A stretch of 24,822 bases of DNA from a virus (Duplodnaviria > Caudoviricetes). Positions within the stretch are counted from its first letter, which is position 1; the number at the start of each line of letters is the position of its first letter. Shown in pieces: positions 9,049 to 16,290 of this stretch. The DNA lies in the IMG/VR virus record IMGVR_UViG_3300031963_015219, positions 1 through 24,822 of that record; one strand, written 5' to 3'. Both the position numbers and the translations under genes were made by a program. Under the pieces are notes generated by a model. The model saw only the letters and a list, made by a program, of their open reading frames with translations. It ran no database searches and was not told the DNA's origin.

Positions 9049-9627
9049 ATGAACTCCGACGACTACGCCAAAAAGCAGGCGAAGAAGGATGCCCAATACG
9101 AACGGGACTACGAGGCATGGGTGAAATCCATGACCATCGAAGAACGTCGGGAGGCGGAAAAACTCGGCCTGCTCAAACCCTGCCTGCAACGCCATGGCAA
9201 TGGTGCTGCCGATCACGACATGGCCGAATCATCGCGTGCCAGCCACACGCCGGACATCGCGGCCTTGGTCGATCATGAAGGCGAAAGGGCCGGCACGGTC
9301 ACGCATGACGCCATCGACGCACTTCGTCACTTCGTCGCCGACCTGATCGCCGAAGGGAACACCCGACTCACCGTCGAGTGCCTGGCGGTCGCTCTCGGAC
9401 TCAGCGCCTACAACGGCGAGAGCATGACCGCAATCGCCCATCGCCACGGCATCACCCGCGCCGCCGTCTCGAAGCGCTGTGTTGACATCATCACTCACCT
9501 GAACCTCCCGCCCTCCCGTGCCATGCGCAGCGAGAAGGCCCGCAAGATCTATCGAAACTCACGAACCAAACATCACAAAAAGAAAAAACATGGACACCAT
9601 TTCTGTTCTCGAAAAAAACCACGCTAA
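9049..9627 (+). CDS. Putative transcription regulator with C-terminal sigma-region-4-like HTH
   Basis: ESMTAIAHRHGITRAAVSKRCVDI HTH pattern; position typical of a late regulator. Confidence 0.6.
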   Translation: MNSDDYAKKQAKKDAQYERDYEAWVKSMTIEERREAEKLGLLKPCLQRHGNGAADHDMAESSRASHTPDIAALVDHEGERAGTVTHDAIDALRHFVADLIAEGNTRLTVECLAVALGLSAYNGESMTAIAHRHGITRAAVSKRCVDIITHLNLPPSRAMRSEKARKIYRNSRTKHHKKKKHGHHFCSRKKPR

Positions 9628-10204
9628 ATTCACCCTCACCCCCCGTGGTATCGAATTCCACGGCGACCTAAGCTTCGATGAGTGGGAGAAACTTGGCGAG
9701 AAACTCGGAGATACCGAGCGCTCCATCGGCTTCATGATCGGCGACTGGATCAACTATGCTGAGAACAAATGGGGCGAGAAATACAACGAGGCGATTGCGG
9801 CAACTGGTCTCGAATACCAAACGCTGCTAAATTACGCCTATGTGGCCCGACGCGTCCAAATCTCTGTGCGCACAGAGAATTTGCCATTCTATCATCATCA
9901 GGTCGTGGCCAAACTAAAAGACCCCGAGGAACAAAAGCACTGGCTCACTCAGGCCGAAGACCATGACCTCAGCTATCGCCGCCTGCAGAAGTCTATCAAC
10001 TTCGGTCGAATCGCCACCGAGGAGGAAGTTCAGGGCGATCCAGCCGACCGTGGCTACGTGACTTACCTCGCGCTACTCAACCGCATCCGTCGTTGGTGGG
10101 CGCGTGAAACCCAGAAGGCACCCGTCGAGGAATGGGACGAAGATCGTCGCGAGGGACTCAAGAAAGATTTCAAGCTGATCCTCGACATCTACGAGGCGCT
10201 CTAA
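9590..10204 (+). CDS. LmbU-like DNA-binding protein (204 aa)
   Basis: LSFDEWEKLG...IGDWINYAE.KWGEKY...TGLEYQTLLNYAYVARR...LPFYHHQVVA matches the LmbU-like pattern as I recall it. Confidence 0.65.
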   Translation: MDTISVLEKNHAKFTLTPRGIEFHGDLSFDEWEKLGEKLGDTERSIGFMIGDWINYAENKWGEKYNEAIAATGLEYQTLLNYAYVARRVQISVRTENLPFYHHQVVAKLKDPEEQKHWLTQAEDHDLSYRRLQKSINFGRIATEEEVQGDPADRGYVTYLALLNRIRRWWARETQKAPVEEWDEDRREGLKKDFKLILDIYEAL

Positions 10205-10209
10205 CCAAT

Positions 10210-10282
10210 CGCAGGGAGGGACGGTCCCAGGCGAGTCTCATACCCTCGTCCTCTGCGGGTTCAATTCCCGCCCCTGCAACCA
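10210..10282 (+). tRNA. Atypical tRNA-Met(CAT), initiator-like acceptor stem, reduced D-arm
   Basis: CGCAGGG/CCCTGCA acceptor with C1:A72 mismatch, A73 and encoded CCA. T-arm GCGGG-TTCAATT-CCCGC, anticodon loop CT-CAT-AC, D-arm only GGGA-CGG-TCCC. Confidence 0.75.
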
Positions 10283-10293
10283 CTCACCCAATC

Positions 10294-10539
10294 ATGACCA
10301 CTCCACTCCAACGGATCACACGGCTCCTCAATGAAGGGGCGCGGTTCATCGTCCAACTACCAGGCCATATGCCAATCGATGTAACACCGGACGTTCAAGC
10401 TCTCGTTGATAGCATACCCCGTCAGCGCCAAGCTCCGCCCCAAATCAGAATCAGGGTCCGGCGTCCGGAATGCCTCACGAAGCCCAAGCAGCCTGGCCAA
10501 GTGATCGACCTCAGCAAACTTCCATACGCCACCCAATGA
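10294..10539 (+). CDS. Hypothetical protein (81 aa)
   Basis: ATG after an AC-rich leader directly downstream of the tRNA. Confidence 0.55.
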   Translation: MTTPLQRITRLLNEGARFIVQLPGHMPIDVTPDVQALVDSIPRQRQAPPQIRIRVRRPECLTKPKQPGQVIDLSKLPYATQ

Positions 10540-10682
10540 TCTTGCCAAGAGCATCAAGGAATCTATTTGAGCCCGCTGCCTCTGGCCGGGATGCCCCGAC
10601 CCTCATTGAATTTACGTGACAAATTGTTTTTGCGTTTCCCACATAACGGACGCTCGGGACGTTGACTCCGGGGGCTTGGGAA

Positions 10683-11015
10683 ATGGCTATATCCCGCTTG
10701 GAATCAAGGTTTCTGCTGCTCTGGAGGGTGGCGCAAGGTCCGCCCCTGGAGCGGGAAGTAAGGTTCCACGCTTCCCGTTTGTGGCGCGCCGACTTTGCAC
10801 ATGTTGCAAGCCGCACACTGATCGAAATCGAGGGGGGGATTTTCCAGCGCGGAGCTGGTCGGCACAACCGGGGAGCGGGTTACGCCAAGGACGCCGAGAA
10901 GTATCTCGAAGCGGTGTTGGCGGGCTGGACCGTCATCCGGCTGACTGAGAAGCAGCTCGACCTCGACTTCATAGAGCGCATCGTCGCGTGGATCAATACT
11001 CCTCGGGGAGCATGA
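10683..11015 (+). CDS. Small PD-(D/E)XK endonuclease (DUF559/Vsr-like fold, resolvase position)
   Basis: EREVRFH..RLWRADFA...LIEIEGG...RH..GAGY.KD.EKY..A...GWTVIR. Confidence 0.8.
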   Translation: MAISRLESRFLLLWRVAQGPPLEREVRFHASRLWRADFAHVASRTLIEIEGGIFQRGAGRHNRGAGYAKDAEKYLEAVLAGWTVIRLTEKQLDLDFIERIVAWINTPRGA

Positions 11016-11271
11016 TGCAAGTCGAGCTGCGGTCGTGTTCCGTGATGATGTAGATGCGCCGACCTCCGCCGAGCTTGTAGTGGCTGAGAATGCGGTCGCC
11101 GTGGATCAGGGCATCCTCGTTCGCCTGCTTGTCGCATTCGTCGAGATCCCCCCAATCGCCGCAGTGGTGGCGGTGCATGTAGGATGCCAGGTCGATTCCG
11201 AGTGCCATCGCTCCGGGAGTTGCCACGGTTTTCCCGAGCGGGAAACGCGGTTCCATGATTCGGTATGCCAT
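10993..11271 (-). CDS. Conserved plasmid/phage hypothetical protein (GDWG...LPEEY family)
   Basis: FPLGKTVATPGA, RHHCGDWGDL, N..AL..G.RILS.Y, IYIITE.DRS.T..MLPEEY. Confidence 0.8.
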   Translation of the reverse strand: MAYRIMEPRFPLGKTVATPGAMALGIDLASYMHRHHCGDWGDLDECDKQANEDALIHGDRILSHYKLGGGRRIYIITEHDRSSTCIMLPEEY

Positions 11272-11277
11272 GGCCGT

Positions 11278-11556
11278 TCAGTCGTTGGTGGTTCCCCATT
11301 CCGGATGGCGCTTGCCGGTGGCGATCAGGCCAGAGGCGAGCATGTCTTCGACCAGCGCCTTGGGCGGCCACTGGCGGTGCGGTTTTCCGGTCTGCATCTT
11401 GGATGCCCGTGCGGTGGCGCGGCAGTAGGACGGCAGGTCGGCTTCCGGGTTGAAGCTGTCGGCCCGGAGTTGGGTCATCAGGTCGGTGGCATCAACGGCG
11501 GAGAATGTCGCGCCGTCGATGGTGTGGTATTCGGTGTTCATGGTGGTCATTGTCAT
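11278..11556 (-). CDS. Hypothetical protein (start may be 11550 or 11541)
   Basis: Fits between flanking minus-strand genes with gaps of 6 and 9 nt. Confidence 0.65.
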   Translation of the reverse strand: MTMTTMNTEYHTIDGATFSAVDATDLMTQLRADSFNPEADLPSYCRATARASKMQTGKPHRQWPPKALVEDMLASGLIATGKRHPEWGTTND

Positions 11557-11565
11557 TGGTGGAAA

Positions 11566-12372
11566 TCAGGCGGCCAGTTTTTTGGCGCGCTCGGTGTAGA
11601 ATTTCGTCAGTCCCCTGGCGTCGATGGCTTGGAAGAACCACTTCATGCGGGGCATCCCGACTCCGTTGTCTTCGGGGCGGTTGCGGACGGCGGCGGCGGA
11701 TTCGGCGGCGTCAAACATGCGGGCCATCAACCGCACCCAGTTGGTGATCTTGGCCGGATCGGTGGTTCCCGAGTGGTGGCGGACTTCCAGTGTCTGGTGG
11801 CGGAAGTAGGATTGGATGTTCAGCTTCCGATAGCGGCAGGGGTAGAGCTGCTTCATCTGATCCATGTTCCGGCAGGCGTCGATCTTGCGGAACATCTGGG
11901 AGCATTGGCCCCGGTGATTGCCGGCGTCGATGATGCTGTGGTCAAGGTTCGTGCGGCAGTAGGTGTTGTTGTTGCCCCGGCGTGACTGCGGCTGGAACGT
12001 GTCCAGAACATCCTCGAATTTGAGCCAGAGTTTGAAGAGGTTCTTCACCGCTTTGAGATTCATCGAGCGGGCGTCGAAATGGACGTGAAGTCCGCAGCGC
12101 TTGTCCACTTGCGCACCGGCGGCTTCCAGTGCGGCGGCAGCGATGCGGACTTCCTCGATACCGGCCTCGCCTTCGAGAACTGGTGAGACGAGTTCCAAAC
12201 CGCAGGAGCCGTCGGTGACGATCTTCCAATAGGGAGTGGTGTCGTGGGTGTAGTAGGAGGATTCGACCCGTATGCCTGCGGCTCTCAGGCTCATGACGGC
12301 ATGCTCTTTGGTGATGGTGGAGAGGAATTCAATCTCGACTCCGAAGCGGCGGGACATGGTCGGCGTTGTCAT
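11566..12372 (-). CDS. Putative amidoligase (Amidoligase_2, COOH-NH2 ligase fold)
   Basis: FGVEIEF, WKIVTDGS, ELVSPVL, CGLHVHF, RYRKLN, TLEVRHHSGT. Start at 12372 is supported by the upstream motif. Confidence 0.85.
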   Translation of the reverse strand: MTTPTMSRRFGVEIEFLSTITKEHAVMSLRAAGIRVESSYYTHDTTPYWKIVTDGSCGLELVSPVLEGEAGIEEVRIAAAALEAAGAQVDKRCGLHVHFDARSMNLKAVKNLFKLWLKFEDVLDTFQPQSRRGNNNTYCRTNLDHSIIDAGNHRGQCSQMFRKIDACRNMDQMKQLYPCRYRKLNIQSYFRHQTLEVRHHSGTTDPAKITNWVRLMARMFDAAESAAAVRNRPEDNGVGMPRMKWFFQAIDARGLTKFYTERAKKLAA

Positions 12373-12379
12373 GGTTAAT

Positions 12380-12408
12380 ATCTGCCATGGTGCCACCTCA
12401 CGTCCATG
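12380..12408 (-). promoter_or_regulatory. Bipartite motif CATGGAC-N15-GGCAGAT, copy C
   Basis: Ends 7 nt before the amidoligase ATG; same spacing as copies A and B. Confidence 0.65.
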
Positions 12409-12462
12409 GCTAAGTGGAGTTAGAGGAAAAAAGACATAATTTCTCCGCATCGTTTTACTCAT

Positions 12463-12549
12463 GAAGCGTGCCAATCAAAACAGAATCGGAGTCTGCGGAA
12501 TGACGCCTGATTGGCACGCTTCGTGTGACGTTCATGCACCGTGCCAATC
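12463..12549. repeat. 15-bp perfect inverted repeat plus a third GATTGGCACG copy
   Basis: GAAGCGTGCCAATCA (12463-12477) and TGATTGGCACGCTTC (12508-12522); CGTGCCAATC at 12540-12549. Confidence 0.85.
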
Positions 12550-12582
12550 CATCATCTAACTGGCATTCGGAACGGGACGAAA

Positions 12583-12632
12583 AAAGACGAAAAATGACAT
12601 GGACAGCAGTTGTGTGACTGGCAGATGAGGGA
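12583..12632 (+). promoter_or_regulatory. Bipartite motif copy A: AAAGACGAAAAATGACATGGAC-N15-GGCAGATGAGGGA
   Basis: GGCAGAT ends 8 nt before ATG 12635; near-identical to 14082-14131. Confidence 0.7.
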
Positions 12633-12634
12633 CG

Positions 12635-12853
12635 ATGAAAGGGACTACCCACACCGGAAATGACACTGCATACGTCACCGGAATGTTGGTCCTGATCCGC
12701 CCCGAGTGGGATGGAGACAACGCACTCCATGTGATCGCCGAATGGAACGGCGACCGCGGATTCATCCGGCCTGTCGAATGGCCGCACGGCGGGATCATCC
12801 CGACCGAACTCGTCACCGCTGAAATGATCCAACCCGCAACCATCAACCCCTGA
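12635..12853 (+). CDS. Hypothetical protein (72 aa, beta-rich)
   Basis: First ORF after motif copy A. Confidence 0.65.
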   Translation: MKGTTHTGNDTAYVTGMLVLIRPEWDGDNALHVIAEWNGDRGFIRPVEWPHGGIIPTELVTAEMIQPATINP

Positions 12854-12860
12854 AACCACC

Positions 12861-13028
12861 ATGTACACCGCCAGTGAAATAGACGCCATGACCATCGAGG
12901 AAATCGAACAAGTCGCCGAACTGCTCACCGATGAAGCCCGCGAGGAATGGGCTGCCGCCGGATATTCCGGCGAGTCCTACTGCAATCTCGGAATGAACGA
13001 CGCCGAGAAATCCATCAACTCCCACTGA
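12861..13028 (+). CDS. Small acidic hypothetical protein (55 aa, not in the ORF track)
   Basis: Hand translation MYTASEIDAMTIEEIEQVAELLTDEAREEWAAAGYSGESYCNLGMNDAEKSINSH; fills the operon gap. Confidence 0.7.
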   Translation: MYTASEIDAMTIEEIEQVAELLTDEAREEWAAAGYSGESYCNLGMNDAEKSINSH

Positions 13029-13055
13029 ACTGACCAACCCCAACCAAACATCACC

Positions 13056-13346
13056 ATGGACATCGAATACATCAAACAACACCGCAGCCTGACGCTCGAA
13101 TTCGGGCGCGGCGAAACCTACCACTCCAACAAGCCGACGCTCTACGGCCACTCGACCTATGGGCGCAGCTCAGTTCTCGCCGGTCGTCCGCGCCGAGTCT
13201 TCCTCGAATGCTGGGACGATCTGGACACCGCCCGCGCCGAACTCAAGGCCGCGAAGATCCGCTACTCCGACCTCTGCGAGTCGGGCGGATCCACCCACAT
13301 CCCGGTGAATGTCATCACCGCAGGTCTGCCCGACGAGGACATCTAA
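13056..13346 (+). CDS. Hypothetical protein (96 aa)
   Basis: AC-rich leader and operon context. Confidence 0.7.
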   Translation: MDIEYIKQHRSLTLEFGRGETYHSNKPTLYGHSTYGRSSVLAGRPRRVFLECWDDLDTARAELKAAKIRYSDLCESGGSTHIPVNVITAGLPDEDI

Positions 13347-13365
13347 CACCCAACACCGAGATCCC

Positions 13366-14067
13366 ATGAAATCCGAATCCGACATCCTCGAAAAAATCCG
13401 CAAGCTCCTGCGATTGGCCGACCGCTCCCGCGGTTCCACCGAGAACGAAGCGAAGGTGGCGCTCGCCAAGGCGCAGGAATTGATGACCCGCCACAACATC
13501 GACTCAGCACTGCTCCGCATGGAACGCGGCGAATCCGGCGGCGCGGGCTTCACCGTCAACAAGGGCAAGGTCGATCTGCCGAAGACCCTCAACCCGGCAG
13601 ACCTGATGATCCTCTAGATCCTGCAGGCGCACTTCAACGTGAAGACGATCCTGATGCCAAACGGGCGCGGAACACCGGTGGACATCATCGGTGCCGCCGC
13701 CGACATCGACTTTGCCATCTTCGCCTTCAACTACCTGCGGCAAACCTTCTTCCGCTGTTGGAACGAGTTCAAGCGGACCCACGCCAACCCGGACAAGGCG
13801 TCCTACTACCGGGGCCTGCGTGATGGCCTGAACGCCGAACTCAAAGCGGCGAAACAACGGGCGGAACAATCCTACGCCGCCGACCAGCGCCAGGCATACG
13901 GACTGGTGGTCGTGGATCAAGAGGCGGTCATCACCCGCTATGTCGAGGACAACTACGGCAAGCTCCGCAACCGGTCGCAACGCCGCCGCCACCTCCATTC
14001 AGGCAGCTACGTCGCAGGAGAAACCAAGGGTCGCACCATCCAAATCAACCGCCCACTACCATCATGA
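13366..14067 (+). pseudogene. DUF2786-domain protein interrupted by one in-frame TAG (13615-13617)
   Basis: ILEKIRKLLRLA...ENEAKVALAKAQELMTRHNI is DUF2786-like. The frame continues past TAG to SYYRGL...GSYVAGETKG. Confidence 0.75.
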
Positions 14068-14081
14068 AAACCATCCAACAG

Positions 14082-14131
14082 AAAGACGAAAAAAGACATG
14101 GACGTGCCCGATCAGACGGGCAGATGAGGGA
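14082..14131 (+). promoter_or_regulatory. Bipartite motif copy B: AAAGACGAAAAAAGACATGGAC-N15-GGCAGATGAGGGA
   Basis: 21/22 and 13/13 identity to the copy A boxes with unrelated spacers. ATG 14136 lies 10 nt after GGCAGAT. Confidence 0.7.
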
Positions 14132-14135
14132 TGCT

Positions 14136-14366
14136 ATGACAACAGCATCCATTCCTAACACCTATTCGAACAAGGCGATGCAGCAAAGCATTCGCGGTCT
14201 TGAGAAAAACGGGTTCACCGCCCGGCGCATCCTGCCGGTCGATCCGATGGCCGGCATGCATGCCCGCGAGTTCCGCGCCGACTTCGCCAAGCAAACTCCA
14301 ACCGGACTGCTGGTGTTCAGCGTCCGGATCGACACCGACGGCAACGTCACCAACCCCAAACCATAA
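14136..14366 (+). CDS. Hypothetical protein (76 aa; alternative start 14064)
   Basis: ATG directly after motif copy B. Confidence 0.6.
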   Translation: MTTASIPNTYSNKAMQQSIRGLEKNGFTARRILPVDPMAGMHAREFRADFAKQTPTGLLVFSVRIDTDGNVTNPKP

Positions 14367-14378
14367 CCAAACACCACC

Positions 14379-14894
14379 ATGAACAAACTGTATTACATCG
14401 TCTGCGACGACAAGGAAACCAACGTATTCGAAGGTCGCTATCAGGGCCGCACACGCGGCGAGGCATTGAAATTCCTCAAGCAGTCCCTCGGGCGCAAGAC
14501 GCTCAACGGATTGGTCTTCACCATCACCGAAATCCCGGTGCCACTGATCCGTGAGATCGTCGCGGAAATCCTCGCCGGGGGCGATGGCAATGTCACGCCA
14601 GCCGCGAACGTCGTGCCGCTCACCCGTCCAGAACCCGAGGCCAGCCCGGGACGTTACGACGCGTTCGCTGACGCGGCTGAGCCCGAACCAACGCCTGCGG
14701 AGGCCACGCCACCCAAGGCCAAGGCATCCAAGCCCGCGAAAAAAGTCGGCAATCCCGGCCACGGTGACGAACAGTGGTCACAGGTCCGGGCACATTGGGA
14801 AGAATGCCGCAGCGTGAAGCAGACCGCCGAGCACTTCGGCCTGTCGCCAAACACGATCAAGACCCGCAGTCGGAGGGAGGGCTGGGGTAAATGA
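14379..14894 (+). CDS. Hypothetical protein with Pro/Ala-rich linker and C-terminal HTH
   Basis: SVKQTAEHFGLSPNTIKTRSRREGW HTH pattern. Confidence 0.7.
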   Translation: MNKLYYIVCDDKETNVFEGRYQGRTRGEALKFLKQSLGRKTLNGLVFTITEIPVPLIREIVAEILAGGDGNVTPAANVVPLTRPEPEASPGRYDAFADAAEPEPTPAEATPPKAKASKPAKKVGNPGHGDEQWSQVRAHWEECRSVKQTAEHFGLSPNTIKTRSRREGWGK

Positions 14895-15226
14895 GCGCAC
14901 CCCAATGGACACCGGTAATCGGTGACGGCGCGAGCGTCTGTCACTACTCCGACCGGACCGCCTGCACAATTATCCGCATCAGCCCCAGCGGCAAAACCCT
15001 CTGGATGCAGGAGGACACCGCTGTTCTCGACGGATGGAAACCTGAGTTCGTCGCCGGTGGGTTTGGCGGGCATTGCACCAACAACACCGAGCAGACCTAT
15101 CAATACTCGCCCAATCCCGAAGGGGCGACACATCGCGCCAGCCGCCGCAAGGACGGTTGGTTCCGCACCACCAACGGCGAGCCGGTCATTCCCGGCCGCC
15201 GCCAATTCCACGACTACAACTTCTGA
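14891..15226 (+). CDS. Hypothetical phage protein (111 aa)
   Basis: ATGA overlap; IGDGAS...SDRTACTIIRISPSGK...GRRQFHDYNF. Confidence 0.7.
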   Translation: MSAPQWTPVIGDGASVCHYSDRTACTIIRISPSGKTLWMQEDTAVLDGWKPEFVAGGFGGHCTNNTEQTYQYSPNPEGATHRASRRKDGWFRTTNGEPVIPGRRQFHDYNF

Positions 15227-15465
15227 TGAAGGTCGCAGTCGAAAAATACCGCAAACCCGATGGCTACGCCACGCGCTACTGGTCGGTGATCGTTGATGGC
15301 GAACTACTCGCCGTCACCCTCTACCGCAAGGGCGCGGTGGCCGTCGCCAGGGCCATCACCAATTCCAACCAAGATCCCCATGTCACAACTCTTCAAGATT
15401 CTGCCGAACCCTACACCGTGCCCCGCAAGCTCTCCGCTGGCGTGGCGACCTACCGGACCCGATGA
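15226..15465 (+). CDS. Hypothetical protein (79 aa)
   Basis: TGATG overlap with the upstream stop; RYWSVIVDGELLAVTLYRKGA. Confidence 0.6.
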   Translation: MKVAVEKYRKPDGYATRYWSVIVDGELLAVTLYRKGAVAVARAITNSNQDPHVTTLQDSAEPYTVPRKLSAGVATYRTR

Positions 15466-16048
15466 CCTCTGCGGCCCCGCCGCCACCGTCGCCCGCCGAC
15501 TCGTCGCCAAGGCGCGCAAGCTCCACGATGATCCTGCCGTTCCGGTGAAGATCCTACTCTACGGCCCGCCGGGTGTCGGCAAGACCAGCATCGCCGACAT
15601 GGTAGCCGATGCACTGTCCGGCACGCGCTTCGCCATCGAGGAATACAACGGCAAGCTCGTCACCGTCGAAACTGTGAAACAGTGGATGGGCACGCTGGGT
15701 GTCAGCTCGCTGTTCGGGGTCTATTCGGTGAAGATCATCAACGAAATGGATCGCTGCACGCGGGATGCACAAGACTTGCTCCTGAGTTATCTCGACCGTC
15801 TTCCACCAGGACGGGCGGTGGTCGGAACCAGCAACCTGCAGCTCGACCTGCTCACCGAGCGGTTCCAGACACGCTTCCAGTCGATCAAGCTCGCCGCTCC
15901 GTCCACTGAGGAAATCGCCGCGATGCTCCGCCGTCACTGGCCGGTCGATGGACAGACGTCATTGCGGATCGCGGTGGGCAGCGGCGGATGCGTAAGGGCC
16001 GCGCTCGCCGATCTGGAATCCTGGCTGGATGCGGAGGGGCTGTCATGA
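15380..16048 (+). CDS. Stand-alone clamp-loader/RarA-clade AAA+ ATPase (222 aa)
   Basis: WRPTGPDDLCG (RFC box II-like), LLYGPPGVGKT, IINEMD, AQDLLL, GTSN, FQTRF, G.VRAAL.DLE. Confidence 0.8.
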   Translation: MSQLFKILPNPTPCPASSPLAWRPTGPDDLCGPAATVARRLVAKARKLHDDPAVPVKILLYGPPGVGKTSIADMVADALSGTRFAIEEYNGKLVTVETVKQWMGTLGVSSLFGVYSVKIINEMDRCTRDAQDLLLSYLDRLPPGRAVVGTSNLQLDLLTERFQTRFQSIKLAAPSTEEIAAMLRRHWPVDGQTSLRIAVGSGGCVRAALADLESWLDAEGLS

Positions 16049-16290
16049 AAGCGAGAATCCATCAGATCACCTTCGACCGCTGTGGTCGTCTCGCCCGCGC
16101 CGTGTTCCGATACCGGTCACCCGACATGCGGCGGGAAACACCGGTCACCGTGGAATGGCGCGACGTGGCTGGCAGTCGCGAATGGTTTGCCCTCGGATGG
16201 TGCCCACCGGATGCGTGGAAGGCGATACTGCCGCTGCTCGCGCAAGTCACCCATGCCGTTGACACCATCCAAAGCGGCGATGACGGATGA
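16045..16290 (+). CDS. Hypothetical protein (81 aa)
   Basis: ATGA overlap with the AAA+ gene. Confidence 0.55.
   Translation: MKARIHQITFDRCGRLARAVFRYRSPDMRRETPVTVEWRDVAGSREWFALGWCPPDAWKAILPLLAQVTHAVDTIQSGDDG

Noticed and set aside
8807-9052. 81-aa ORF bridging the primase-helicase and HTH genes
   Set aside because: Its FEP repeats simply translate the TTGAACC DNA repeats and it crosses the hairpins. It overlaps both neighbours neatly, so it is not excluded, but I did not call it.
10210-10282. tRNA as an attachment site or prophage boundary
   Set aside because: Phage genes continue on both sides, and I saw no duplicated 3' end or integrase in the window.
12375-12474. N-terminal extension of the amidoligase to 302 aa
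   Set aside because: It runs through the conserved motif and the inverted repeat. Family similarity begins near FGVEIEF.
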